A DNA stretch of 64,000 nucleotides from a virus: positions 1 through 64,000 of IMG/VR virus record IMGVR_UViG_3300042569_003487. One strand, given 5' to 3'. The notes beneath the pieces were generated by a model, which ran no database searches, had not been told where the DNA came from, and was given only the letters and a program-made list of their open reading frames with translations. Below are positions 17,538 through 27,167 of this stretch, piece by piece (position 1 is the stretch's first letter; each line of letters begins with the position of its first letter). Made by a program: the position numbers and the translations under genes.

Positions 17538-18483
17538 ATGAATGTTTGGGCTGTACCTTTATAGTATATTTAACCTCAAGGTCCAACAAATTATTCATAC
17601 ACTCAACAAAGTCCGCAGTGTGCAGATTTAATACACTTTGATAATCGTCTTTTCGATATCCTCCAAAGAGAGCACAACTTACAGGAAGAGGCCGCCCTAA
17701 TTTTTCATCCATCGATTTTACCCAATTCCAAAAAATTGTAGAGCACTCTAACCATTGTTCGGTTGAACACTGAAATCCTAAATCATCCCATTCATGTGAA
17801 TCTGCTCCATGACACCATACAACATATCCAATCTGACCATCTATAATAGCTTCTTCTAGATTTTGCAAATTCCATTTTAGATCATTAATATAAATTTGAC
17901 CTCTTCCAGTTGGATTAATATTAAATTCTTTTGGAATGGCCCTATTTAAATCCTTGACAAAATCTCTAGAATCTTCAATTGAATTTCCAAAATGACCATC
18001 TAAATCTAAATATGCACCACTTATACCAAATTCTTCTAGGATTTTAATTGATGCAATAACTTGTCCGCTAAATGTACAAAAGCCACTTCCTCCAGTTGGT
18101 CGAGCATGGTGAAATCCGCTAGTTGGACTAAAGTGAATTTGTTCTGGTTCTAATATAGATCCTTTTATTGCAGCGTGCAGTGATGCATTAGTGTAGCGAA
18201 CAGAGTCTGCGAATTGAGTAGACCAATCTAGACCATTTGATTCGCAGCCCCTTTGACCACTAAAAAATGAATTAACATATTGTTTGTTGTGGGCAATTTT
18301 AAAATCCTTATTTGTATATGGGGTAAAATCTTCAACTATTTCAAAATGTTTAATTAGTCCCTCTGCTTCAAAATTTTCAAGTAACCTCTTTGGCTTTAGC
18401 GGAGACTTACTAAAATTGCCTCCAGAGTCCTTTGCCAAGACCTGTTTAGGTGAATAGTGTACTTTAATTGTGTTTTTTCTCAT
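17515..18483 (-). CDS. histone deacetylase (Zn-dependent HDAC/AcuC) family protein
   Basis: All family motifs present in order: GFHHA, GFC, LDLDGHFGN, GADSH, GGY. Confidence 0.9.
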   Translation of the reverse strand: MRKNTIKVHYSPKQVLAKDSGGNFSKSPLKPKRLLENFEAEGLIKHFEIVEDFTPYTNKDFKIAHNKQYVNSFFSGQRGCESNGLDWSTQFADSVRYTNASLHAAIKGSILEPEQIHFSPTSGFHHARPTGGSGFCTFSGQVIASIKILEEFGISGAYLDLDGHFGNSIEDSRDFVKDLNRAIPKEFNINPTGRGQIYINDLKWNLQNLEEAIIDGQIGYVVWCHGADSHEWDDLGFQCSTEQWLECSTIFWNWVKSMDEKLGRPLPVSCALFGGYRKDDYQSVLNLHTADFVECMNNLLDLEVKYTIKVQPKHSYGKAALV

Positions 18484-18677
18484 AATCCTTGTAATACTGT
18501 AATACTAGAAATGGCCGAGACCAACTGGTCTAAGCTTTCTATAGTTAATAATACCAAAAAATCTGTAAAAGTGGCACCTGGGTATTCATATTCAATTATA
18601 CCCTCTAGCTGCTCTAGGGCTACCCTGGTGACTGCCAGGGACTCATTTGGAACCCTAATTAGGTAACTAGTCCTCAT
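18480..18677 (-). CDS. hypothetical protein
   Basis: Fills the gap in the operon; ATGA-coupled to the HDAC gene; start moved to MRTSYL. Confidence 0.4.
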   Translation of the reverse strand: MRTSYLIRVPNESLAVTRVALEQLEGIIEYEYPGATFTDFLVLLTIESLDQLVSAISSITVLQGL

Positions 18678-19404
18678 CGTCATCATCGTCCAGGAGGTCA
18701 TCTGTATTATCGAGTTCGATCTCTTTCTTTAAGAGTTCCATTTCTTCAACATATTCCATTAATTCAGAAAACGATAATTTAGATTCTTTATTTAGTTCAT
18801 CAATCATTTGCTGTTTATCTTCTGGCGATCCATATCTAGATATCTCAGAAAGAAATCCAGAAATAATGTCAAATAGTGTCCATCTGCGCTCAGCCTCAAC
18901 TGCAATTTGATAAGTTCTATCATCTGGTATATCAAGAGCAGTTTGTTCGCATATGGTAAATTGACAAATATCTCTTAATCTAATAAAATCTAACTCTGTA
19001 ACTACATCTGAATCACTACCCTGAATTGCGCTTATTCCAAGGATATTTGGAACAATATCTAAAATTGTCATATCGGAGGCAGCAATCATTCTAACCTTCC
19101 ATGCAAGTTCAACATAGTCAATCGCTGGCGATTTAACCGATAAAATTTGAGTTTCTTGTAAAAATAGATCAAAATCTACTCCATTTAAATATCCATCAAA
19201 TACCTGGTTAATTTCATCAGTAAAGTCTCCAAGAACCTCCAAAAAGGTTTTGATTGTAATATTTTCGTCAAACTCAGCAAAATATCCAAAAAAGCTCGAA
19301 AGTCTTCCTGTAATTTGGGTTTGATTGGTTGGCTGGTTTGTGGTCAAATCCCAGTCAACTAGATAGAACCCGTCCTGCTTTATTAAAATACTTTTGTGTA
19401 ACAC
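18667..19404 (-). CDS. acidic hypothetical protein
   Basis: 245-aa ORF with GTG start, downstream of a GTATAAA box. Confidence 0.65.
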   Translation of the reverse strand: MLHKSILIKQDGFYLVDWDLTTNQPTNQTQITGRLSSFFGYFAEFDENITIKTFLEVLGDFTDEINQVFDGYLNGVDFDLFLQETQILSVKSPAIDYVELAWKVRMIAASDMTILDIVPNILGISAIQGSDSDVVTELDFIRLRDICQFTICEQTALDIPDDRTYQIAVEAERRWTLFDIISGFLSEISRYGSPEDKQQMIDELNKESKLSFSELMEYVEEMELLKKEIELDNTDDLLDDDDDED

Positions 19405-19484
19405 CTACAATTAAAGTTTGTTTTTTATACTCTAGAAAAAGGGTTTGAACCCAAATAAATATCTATAGAAATATTTAATAACTT

Positions 19485-21299
19485 ATGCACAAATCATTCC
19501 TAGACCTAGTATTAGAGTCAAATCAGATTGAGGAAATGGCCCTAAAGCCAGAAGATTTTCCAGACACCTATCTCAAAAAGGCAAAGGATCGTCAAGCTAT
19601 CGCTAGAGAAATTGCTCCACTTGCTAAACAGTTTCAAGAAGCTTTAGTTAATTTAAATTGGAGAGAAATTACTTGGTCAACTAGAGGAAGTAACTATTAT
19701 CCAATCTTACCTGCTCCAATTTTGGCAATTTATGCTGAAGCAAAAGGTAAAATTGGTGGAACTGGCGATTCATTTATTAATAATTATATGAATAACAATT
19801 TTGGTAAATGGGCTGATGCAAATAACCAAAGTGACTGTATTCATATGGAAGTAGACTCAAGCGGTCGTTCACACTTTCCAGGCGGAGGAATTCCAAGTTC
19901 GCTTAGAGGAGCTAGACTTGGTTATAAGTTGTATAGAGGTCTTCTTGAACAAAAGAAATGGTTAAAATCAAATACTGCTGGGACACTAGAAAAAGATAAT
20001 GCTTGGGCATCTTTAATTTCTCCAAAATTAAATGCAGATGGATCGCTTAGCGATGATGATGTACATGCAATTCTTGGACCAGACTGTGTGTTTGCAATGG
20101 TTAAAACAATATCTAATGATCAAAAAATTAGATTTGCAACAAGTTTCCTAGATAATAATATTAGTTATAGTTCAGTTAATACCAGAAATTTTGGAATTGA
20201 TGATGAACTTAAAGCAATTTTGCCAGCTGAGCTGATGTCAAGGTTTGACCCAGCCGAGCGTGAACGTCTTGAAAGAGAACGTCGAGAAAGAGAACAAAGG
20301 GAACAGGCCGAAAGGGCACGTCAATATGGGATTGATCGAGGAATTCAATGGGAAGATCAGCCTGAAGTCGGAGACCTTGTTTATGTTAGAAACTATGCTG
20401 CAAATAGAGACACCAGTATTCCAATGAGAATTATTGTTGGTGAAAGAGGCGGAAGTGTTTACGCTATAAACCTTGTACATTTCCTAATGTGGAGAGATCA
20501 ACTAAATTCTGATATGAGCGAACTTGGTGGATTTGATACTAGAAGCTGTTCTAATAATCCTCAATCAATTAAAGAATATTTTGTTAAAGTAGATCCTGCA
20601 CAAATTCCAGGTTTAGAAGAAGATTCAACAGTTGTTCGTAGTAGATATTCAACGTCAGAATGGCAACAAGTTAAAGATCTTATCTTAAGTATGGTTGATC
20701 CAGAACTTGCAGCTAGAATGAGAGCAGAACGCGAAGAAAGAGAACGTACAGAAAGAGAAGAGCGTGAAAGAGCTGAAGCAGAAAGACAAGCTCAACGCGC
20801 ACAAAATGAAGAAAGATTTGGACCAAGTGTAGATAATTTCCAAGATGCCCAGTATAAAGAGGCGATAGACGGCCGTAACCCTGGCGGAACTTATATTGCT
20901 AAAATATTTAAGAGAGGCCAAATTACAGATATTGCACTTTCACCAGATCAACTAGATAGATTTAACAGAAGAAAATCAACTCCAGTATTTTTACCAGCAA
21001 GAAATGCTTATTGGAATTCAATAAATGGATTTAAGATCGATGAACCAATTGATGGATTGGGACTTACTAGATTCCGTTTAGAAAGATTTGATAGCAAACG
21101 AGCAACTACTCCAAATGAAATGCTTTATATTGCATCACATAATACTTATTATGGTTTAGTTGCGCCAGTTGATTATTTTGTATTCAATCAATCAAGAAAC
21201 GAAGAATACATTTACCTAAGAGTGTTTGATAACACTACCGGTAGAGCAAGAAAAATTGCAATTAAGGTTGCAGCTCTAAGAAAAATTGTTGCTTATTAA
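19485..21299 (+). CDS. multidomain CTS-leader protein with N-terminal GNAT acetyltransferase domain
   Basis: MHKSFLDLVLE-S; IPSSLRGARLGYKLY (GNAT motif A) followed by S...T...AWASL; two R/E-rich helical linkers; ATAAATA at 19455. Confidence 0.6.
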   Translation: MHKSFLDLVLESNQIEEMALKPEDFPDTYLKKAKDRQAIAREIAPLAKQFQEALVNLNWREITWSTRGSNYYPILPAPILAIYAEAKGKIGGTGDSFINNYMNNNFGKWADANNQSDCIHMEVDSSGRSHFPGGGIPSSLRGARLGYKLYRGLLEQKKWLKSNTAGTLEKDNAWASLISPKLNADGSLSDDDVHAILGPDCVFAMVKTISNDQKIRFATSFLDNNISYSSVNTRNFGIDDELKAILPAELMSRFDPAERERLERERREREQREQAERARQYGIDRGIQWEDQPEVGDLVYVRNYAANRDTSIPMRIIVGERGGSVYAINLVHFLMWRDQLNSDMSELGGFDTRSCSNNPQSIKEYFVKVDPAQIPGLEEDSTVVRSRYSTSEWQQVKDLILSMVDPELAARMRAEREERERTEREERERAEAERQAQRAQNEERFGPSVDNFQDAQYKEAIDGRNPGGTYIAKIFKRGQITDIALSPDQLDRFNRRKSTPVFLPARNAYWNSINGFKIDEPIDGLGLTRFRLERFDSKRATTPNEMLYIASHNTYYGLVAPVDYFVFNQSRNEEYIYLRVFDNTTGRARKIAIKVAALRKIVAY

Positions 21300-22051
21300 T
21301 TAATAGGAAACATTTCGTAGAATTTCTCAAGTCTCTCTAAGAATTTATTATAATACAATTTAAGATCCTCAGTATTCATTTCGAAATATTGAGGATCCAT
21401 TGTTTGCTCGTTAGAGATCCAAATCTGTGCTTGAGAAATCTTAATTTTATGTCGATCCCAAACGGCAACTGCATACGCTGCAACTTGGTGTTTATAATCT
21501 TCAATCCACTCTTCCTTTTTAGGTTTACGTGCAGTTTTAAAATCAATTACAGCATAGGTACCATCAACTAATTCTGAAACATTATCGACTGTTCCAGCAT
21601 AACCGCCATTTCTGTGAGTCCACAAAAATTCTTCTTGCATTACAGTTCTTTTAATTCTGTCAAACGAACCAGATCGAATATAATTGTAGAACATCATTCC
21701 GCCTACAATTTTAGCACGATTGTCTTGTTTATCAATTTCTTCGTCTAATCGGGTAAGAGCTAGGGTTTCTTCCAATCTATTTTGAGTAGTCATTGATCCA
21801 GGAAGATTAAGATAAATCTCACAAAGTCTGTGCATAATATTACCTCGGTCTAGAGCATTTTGACTAATACGATTAGCCTCAGCTTCACCAACTCGTTCTT
21901 TCCATTTATCAATACCTGTAGTATCTGCGGTGGATCCTAAAACTGTAGTTACACTTGGAAATGGGCCTAATTGACCGTGTTCTTCAGAATTTACTTGGTA
22001 ATATCGTTTGTTATTAAGCGTTACTCGCTTGATTGTGTCTCTAGTTTGCAT
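21296..22051 (-). CDS. PD-(D/E)xK exonuclease (Cas4/YqaJ-like phage exonuclease)
   Basis: PSVTTVL, RGNIMH, YAGTVD, IDFKT, QVAAYA. Confidence 0.85.
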   Translation of the reverse strand: MQTRDTIKRVTLNNKRYYQVNSEEHGQLGPFPSVTTVLGSTADTTGIDKWKERVGEAEANRISQNALDRGNIMHRLCEIYLNLPGSMTTQNRLEETLALTRLDEEIDKQDNRAKIVGGMMFYNYIRSGSFDRIKRTVMQEEFLWTHRNGGYAGTVDNVSELVDGTYAVIDFKTARKPKKEEWIEDYKHQVAAYAVAVWDRHKIKISQAQIWISNEQTMDPQYFEMNTEDLKLYYNKFLERLEKFYEMFPIN

Positions 22052-22650
22052 TTTAATTCTTCTATCTTGTCAATCATCCAATCGGCGTTGACGGGTTTAT
22101 AACCTGTTATACACGCACAAGCTGACATAGTTCCCGCTAATGGGTGAACGTGAGCGTGTGAGTGTCCATATAAGTGATAGGCTCCACGATATTTACCATT
22201 CCATTCGTAAAGAGGATAGTGAAATAGGACAAATCTTTTAAGACCCCATTCGCTGTCATCTTTAACCATGATTTCTTTGTAGTTTGTAAATTCTACAATA
22301 TCCATTATTGCGCTTAAATTATAGAGCCATGCTTGATCTATGTGAAGATCATGGTTTCCAATAATCCAGTGAACTTTTCCAGGAAGTTTTCCAAACTTTC
22401 CTAGGTTTTCACGAATGTGTTTGAATTTAGTTCTCTCCATTGCAAGATCACCTAAGAAAAAAACATGATCATCCGGTCCTACCGTTTCATGCCAGTTTTT
22501 GGCAATTGCATGATCGTGTTCTTTTATATCAGAAAAGTTGTGTAAGCCTTGTTCGAATCGTAAGACATTTCCATGTCCTATGTGTAAATCGCTAATGAAC
22601 CAAGTTGTGGCTCTGTCAAATGTGTTTTCTGTACTAAATATTTGTTCCAT
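22021..22650 (-). CDS. calcineurin-like metallophosphoesterase
   Basis: SDLH, LGD, GNHD, HYP, GHSH. Confidence 0.9.
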   Translation of the reverse strand: MEQIFSTENTFDRATTWFISDLHIGHGNVLRFEQGLHNFSDIKEHDHAIAKNWHETVGPDDHVFFLGDLAMERTKFKHIRENLGKFGKLPGKVHWIIGNHDLHIDQAWLYNLSAIMDIVEFTNYKEIMVKDDSEWGLKRFVLFHYPLYEWNGKYRGAYHLYGHSHAHVHPLAGTMSACACITGYKPVNADWMIDKIEELKCKLETQSSE

Positions 22651-23710
22651 CTAATAGTTTATTACTAACATACTCGAATGCAGTTTCAGCGTCGTGCATT
22701 ACTTTATCTTTCTGTTGGTTAGCTAAATCAGTTAAGGCTTTATCGTATTTAGATGAGGTTCTGTGTTTATGTAGTTTTTGTGCATAGATCTTAACAACCT
22801 CTTCTAAAAATTCCTTTGAACTATTATACTTAAAATTTGGTAAATCGTATGTACCAGTTTTTTCAAGAGTTCTGGCAAATCCTAAAATTCCATTACAGAT
22901 TTGTTCAAGTGAAAGTTGAGTTACATCAATTCCAGGGTGTTCATTTAGATAATCATCAATTACAAGTTCGCGTTTAGTACCTGCAAACTCATCAACAAAT
23001 TCTGCAAGGTGAAGAATAAATTTAGAAAAATCTCTAGTAATAATTTTTTCTTCAACGTCTTTGCGCATATTAGGTCCAACTAATTCGCCATTCTTAATTT
23101 TAGCAACAACTCCACGATCTGTAACTGAAACATCAAGCGCATTACCAAATGATTGATATAGGAACCCTACAACAAATCCTTTTACACCTCTAATTGGAGT
23201 ATATCTAGATTTTGCCCATTCTGCAGAATAGGTAAAAGTTGGAATAATATCTACCTGAACTGGGCCGTCTTTTAAATTAATTACAAGTTTAAGACTACCG
23301 TCAGAAATTGCATCGCTTTCTTCTGCATCAATTTCGGGTTGGGGATTTTCTTGAATCCACTTTAACATAAGTTGATTGTACTCTTTCATTGTATCAATTT
23401 CAACTCTCCTTGATTGAGGTTCAGTTAAAGGATATTCAACTAAAATATCAACATCACCATATGCTTTATCTGGGTTTTCTGTCATGTCTTGTTTAAAATA
23501 AACACCAGATCCACCTGGACCGAGCACTTTTAGTGGAGCCATTTCTAGTGACTTTGCGTACTTATTAAATTTAGAAAAAATCATTTCTAAAACTGAGACA
23601 GATTCTTCCAGCACAGCTGGCGTAATTTTAGTCCCCTGAGTTTTTGTGGTTGCCCAACCTCCCATTTCCTGTATTTTTAAAAATCCTTGAAAAGATTCAA
23701 TAATTCTCAC
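22634..23710 (-). CDS. Pol-beta-superfamily nucleotidyltransferase with CTS-like leader
   Basis: GGSG...YGDVDIL...VQVDII; leader MRIIESFQGFLKIQE-M; ATAAATA at 23731. Confidence 0.65.
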   Translation of the reverse strand: MRIIESFQGFLKIQEMGGWATTKTQGTKITPAVLEESVSVLEMIFSKFNKYAKSLEMAPLKVLGPGGSGVYFKQDMTENPDKAYGDVDILVEYPLTEPQSRRVEIDTMKEYNQLMLKWIQENPQPEIDAEESDAISDGSLKLVINLKDGPVQVDIIPTFTYSAEWAKSRYTPIRGVKGFVVGFLYQSFGNALDVSVTDRGVVAKIKNGELVGPNMRKDVEEKIITRDFSKFILHLAEFVDEFAGTKRELVIDDYLNEHPGIDVTQLSLEQICNGILGFARTLEKTGTYDLPNFKYNSSKEFLEEVVKIYAQKLHKHRTSSKYDKALTDLANQQKDKVMHDAETAFEYVSNKLLDGTNI

Positions 23711-23729
23711 TGTAATTAAGTAATTTTAG

Positions 23730-24287
23730 TTATTTATCGAAACCTAGCTTCTTTAGCTCTGCAATAGTTTCCTTGGCACTAGTATGTAAAATGCCAGTTC
23801 CACCGGCTGCAATCCAAGCATCAAGTTTCTTTGGCGTATCATCAATTAAAATATCCTGAGGCCCTGTTGCAAATTCAAATTTGTTACCATAGAAAATAGT
23901 CTTTTCTTTACCTGTCCAGTCTTCCTTTTTTGTAATATATGGAAAATCCCAATTTAAATTTTTCTTAAGCCATTTAGCTTTACCGGTAATTGACTTTGGA
24001 TCAAGCGACGGTGAAGATAAGATAGTTGGGTTAAACTTTCTAATAAAAGACCAAAGGTCAATACCATCAGTCATCCATTCCATGCCTGCCCAAAATGCCT
24101 CGCCGGCTTTTCCAACAAGTTTCCAACTTGCATTTTTTGAATATTCCCTTTGAAATTCTTCGATAGTCATGCCAGCTTCCTTTTCAAACTGGGAATCCCA
24201 ATCTGAAAGTACTCCATCCATGTCGCAAAAGATTCTCATTGGTTGAACACTCTCGTTAAATTGTGTGTATAGCTTAATGTGTTGCAT
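23730..24287 (-). CDS. HAD-family 5'(3')-nucleotidase with CTS-like leader
   Basis: FCDMDGVL, LSSP, LIDD; leader MQHIKLYTQFNE-S. Confidence 0.85.
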   Translation of the reverse strand: MQHIKLYTQFNESVQPMRIFCDMDGVLSDWDSQFEKEAGMTIEEFQREYSKNASWKLVGKAGEAFWAGMEWMTDGIDLWSFIRKFNPTILSSPSLDPKSITGKAKWLKKNLNWDFPYITKKEDWTGKEKTIFYGNKFEFATGPQDILIDDTPKKLDAWIAAGGTGILHTSAKETIAELKKLGFDK

Positions 24288-24294
24288 ATTATAT

Positions 24295-25095
24295 TTATTG
24301 TTGTAGACTTGGAACCCAATGTGTAGTTCTGCCGTCTGCTGTTTTTTCTCTAATTACTATATTTCCATGAGGATCTGCACTCTTTCCATAGACTTCAAAT
24401 TCAAAAACAAAGTCGCCAGTTTCACCAGTAACTTGTTGATAATTTCTAATACTTGCTCCGCCCTGTGCATATGACGCCCTACTAATTAATTTAGAATAGT
24501 CCCATAGTAATTGAATCTCATTATCGGTAAGATCCTTAACCAATCTATGCGGGGAAATCTTAGAACGATATAACATTTCACATTTAATATAGTTTCCAAT
24601 TCCTGCAAAAAGCCTCTGGTCCATTAGCGCTTCTACAACAGTTTTATTTGGAACCCTCTCGAATGATCTAATCGTATTATAAACAGATGCAGTTGTGTCG
24701 TTTAGCGCATCAACTCCTAGGGTTTTTAATTTTGCGTCCAATTCAACCTTACTTGCAAACTTAAGGGTACCGAATCGGCGCTGATCAATAAAAAACAGTT
24801 CAAGACCATCATCAAATGAAAGTTTAATGTGTGCATGTGGTTTTTGATAGATTGACCAAAACCCGCTCATTCCCAATGTAATCCAGATAGACATGGCGCC
24901 TTCCAATTCTAACCAGATGAATTTGCCTTTAACTCCGCCTCCAACTACCTCCAGGGGCAGCTCCAGGGCTCCCAGGCCAACTGGGGGAGTCTTTAAGAAG
25001 CGTCCACCAAGTATTTCTACACTAGTTAGTTTTCTATTAATACAATAATTTCGCAAACCTTCATATACGCGTCTGCACTCTGGTCCTTCTGGCAT
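24295..25095 (-). CDS. mutM: Fpg/Nei DNA glycosylase/AP lyase (no zinc finger)
   Basis: MPEGPE N-terminus, GKF, LGMSG, DQRRFG, H2TH motif GIGNY; ends in DGRTTHW with no Cys4 finger. Confidence 0.9.
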   Translation of the reverse strand: MPEGPECRRVYEGLRNYCINRKLTSVEILGGRFLKTPPVGLGALELPLEVVGGGVKGKFIWLELEGAMSIWITLGMSGFWSIYQKPHAHIKLSFDDGLELFFIDQRRFGTLKFASKVELDAKLKTLGVDALNDTTASVYNTIRSFERVPNKTVVEALMDQRLFAGIGNYIKCEMLYRSKISPHRLVKDLTDNEIQLLWDYSKLISRASYAQGGASIRNYQQVTGETGDFVFEFEVYGKSADPHGNIVIREKTADGRTTHWVPSLQQ

Positions 25096-25160
25096 ATCCT
25101 ATTTTTTGATATTATACCCAATTCGCGCAAATAAATAACTACAAAATAGATCTATTTAAA

Positions 25161-25592
25161 ATGATTTACAATTTCAAAGATTTCGTTACTAAGGTTGACG
25201 AAAACGTAAACTCTGAAGAGTTTTTAAACAAATTTGGTTTAACTGAAGAAGAAGATGCAACCGCAGCAGACGCTCCAGTTGAAGATGCACCAGAAGAAGA
25301 TGCTCCAGTTGCTGACGAAGCTGCTGATTTAGAAGCTTTCAAAAAGGAACACCTTGATGTAATGTTCAATGAACTTTCATCTGATGACTTTGATTCATTC
25401 TATTCTTCAGAATTTAAAGAGTGGAAAGAAATGGAAGATGGTGAAGATAAAGAAGCTAAAAAAGAAGAAATCCTTACAAAAATCAAGGATATGTTCCAAT
25501 TAGGCGAAGAAGAAAAAGAAGAAGAAGCTCCAGCAGAAGAAGACGCACCAGCTGAAGATGAGCCAGCTGCAGAAGAAGCGCCAGAAGCATAA
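25161..25592 (+). CDS. extremely acidic low-complexity protein with CTS-like leader
   Basis: MIYNFKDFVTKVDE-N; EEDAPA repeats; ATAAATA at 25131. Confidence 0.65.
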   Translation: MIYNFKDFVTKVDENVNSEEFLNKFGLTEEEDATAADAPVEDAPEEDAPVADEAADLEAFKKEHLDVMFNELSSDDFDSFYSSEFKEWKEMEDGEDKEAKKEEILTKIKDMFQLGEEEKEEEAPAEEDAPAEDEPAAEEAPEA

Positions 25593-25605
25593 TTAAATTT
25601 TTCCT

Positions 25606-26013
25606 ATGAAATCTCAACAAAAAGCAAAGCTTAAAGAAGAGGGTATTAAAATTGTTGAATTTGCAAAAGCAAATAAGAGCAAATGGCGCTATATTTTATA
25701 TGTAATTGGCGGTCTTATTGTTCTTTATGGGTTAATTTATGTTTTTACTCCAAAGCCACAAATGCCAGTAGAGTATAAAGCAATAATTGATTCATTAACT
25801 GTTGCAAATAAAGAATTAGAAGCAAAACAACTAAAGATTGATAGTTCAATTCAAGTTTATGAAACTGAAGTAAAGGCTATTGATTTCCAAGTTGATCACA
25901 TTAAAGAAAAGACTACAATTATTCGTGAATATTATCATGAACAAAGCGCAGCAGCTTCTAGTTATACACCAACTCAAATTGATTCCTTCTTTAAAGCTAG
26001 ATACAATTATTAA
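25606..26013 (+). CDS. N-terminal-TM coiled-coil protein (spanin-like?)
   Basis: Single TM followed by a coiled coil. Confidence 0.45.
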   Translation: MKSQQKAKLKEEGIKIVEFAKANKSKWRYILYVIGGLIVLYGLIYVFTPKPQMPVEYKAIIDSLTVANKELEAKQLKIDSSIQVYETEVKAIDFQVDHIKEKTTIIREYYHEQSAAASSYTPTQIDSFFKARYNY

Positions 26014-26014
26014 T

Positions 26015-26416
26015 ATGAAGAAATTACTTTTTATAATTGCACTATTTCCAGTTTTTGCGTTTGCTCAAACTGCACCACAGGACACGGTTAAAATTCCAGC
26101 ACCTGTTGCAAAGCAGATTGTTAAGGACTTAATTGGTGGTGATAGCGCAAAGGCTGAACTTAAACTTGCAAATGAACAACTAGTTTTACTTAATCAAAAG
26201 ATTGTGCTAAAAGATAGTATTATTTCAGGTCATGTTCAAAAGGGTGTTATGTACGAAGATCGTATTAAAAATGAGCAATTGAAATTTGAAACTCAGGGTT
26301 TATGGGTTAAAGATCTTCAAAAGCAAAATAAGAAGCTTAAAACTAAATTAACCTTTACTAAAATTATTAGTGGAATTTTGGTTGGTAGTTTAGGCTATCT
26401 TTATATCATGAAATAA
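26015..26416 (+). CDS. signal peptide + coiled coil + C-terminal TM protein (spanin partner?)
   Basis: Start moved to MKKLLFIIALFPVFAFA-Q, 1 nt after the previous stop. Confidence 0.5.
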   Translation: MKKLLFIIALFPVFAFAQTAPQDTVKIPAPVAKQIVKDLIGGDSAKAELKLANEQLVLLNQKIVLKDSIISGHVQKGVMYEDRIKNEQLKFETQGLWVKDLQKQNKKLKTKLTFTKIISGILVGSLGYLYIMK

Positions 26417-26434
26417 GACAAACCTTATTAAATT

Positions 26435-26472
26435 AAAAAAGGGACAGCTTTTCAGTTGTCCCTTTCTTTTTT
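26435..26472. terminator. bidirectional terminator
   Basis: AAAAAAGGGACAGCT-TTTC-AGTTGTCCCTTT. Confidence 0.8.
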
Positions 26473-26487
26473 ACATGGCATGCAAGA

Positions 26488-26685
26488 TTATTCGATAATT
26501 CCAAGGATTTTGGATTCTTGAACAGACTCAACAGTCATTGCTGAAATTCCATCTCCAAATCTAGCTCGGATTTTAGCTTCTGCATCAGATACAGAGTTAG
26601 CACTTACGACATACAATTCTTTAATGAATTTACGTTTACCACTTTCGGTTTCGGTCTCAAATTTGATTCTTACTAAATAATACAT
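26488..26685 (-). CDS. DUF4494-like protein (Bacteroidetes family)
   Basis: E.G..K...E.YVV.A.SVSDAEA pattern. Confidence 0.6.
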   Translation of the reverse strand: MYYLVRIKFETETESGKRKFIKELYVVSANSVSDAEAKIRARFGDGISAMTVESVQESKILGIIE

Positions 26686-26707
26686 AGCTTTTAATTTATA
26701 GGTTATT

Positions 26708-26923
26708 CTACTTTAACATTGATTTAAGTTCTATTAAAACTTCTTCGTTTGTATGACCTGCTCTAACCATTTCATACATTTTATCTAACATATCAACAGA
26801 TAAGCTATCGCCCATTACTGCATCAATTTTCTTAATCGCTACAAATTCTCTTGGACCAGTAAACTTCTCAAGTCTTTCAATAAAATCGGCTGGATCTGGA
26901 ATAAAATATTTGTTAAATCCCAT
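26708..26923 (-). CDS. hypothetical protein
   Basis: Operonic ORF starting MGFNK. Confidence 0.6.
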   Translation of the reverse strand: MGFNKYFIPDPADFIERLEKFTGPREFVAIKKIDAVMGDSLSVDMLDKMYEMVRAGHTNEEVLIELKSMLK

Positions 26924-26925
26924 GT

Positions 26926-27141
26926 TTATGATTTAAGGTAATCGTATGTGCCTTTGATATTGGCATTTAGGAATTTACCAAAGGATTCGGCTTCGCATAA
27001 TCCAGCGTACACTGATTCGGAAACTCCTTGGTATGTATAAATTGAGCCGCTTTTAAATTGAACATATAGTTCATTTAGGGTAGGGTCATAACCAAATGCA
27101 TCAATAGTTGATGATGTTACAGATTGTAGTTCGACGTTCAT
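26926..27141 (-). CDS. KTSC domain protein
   Basis: VTSSTI...GYD...L.VQFKSGSIYTY.GV...A.SFGKFLN..IK. Confidence 0.9.
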   Translation of the reverse strand: MNVELQSVTSSTIDAFGYDPTLNELYVQFKSGSIYTYQGVSESVYAGLCEAESFGKFLNANIKGTYDYLKS

Positions 27142-27167
27142 ATTATTAGTTTTATACTGATAATATA

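Noticed and set aside
20268-20800. R/E-rich repeats in the 604-aa protein as a DNA repeat element
   Set aside because: Explained by charged single-alpha-helix linkers at protein level; the codons are degenerate
21296-22051. Cas4 as part of a CRISPR system
   Set aside because: No Fe-S cysteine cluster and no cas neighbours; a typical stand-alone phage exonuclease
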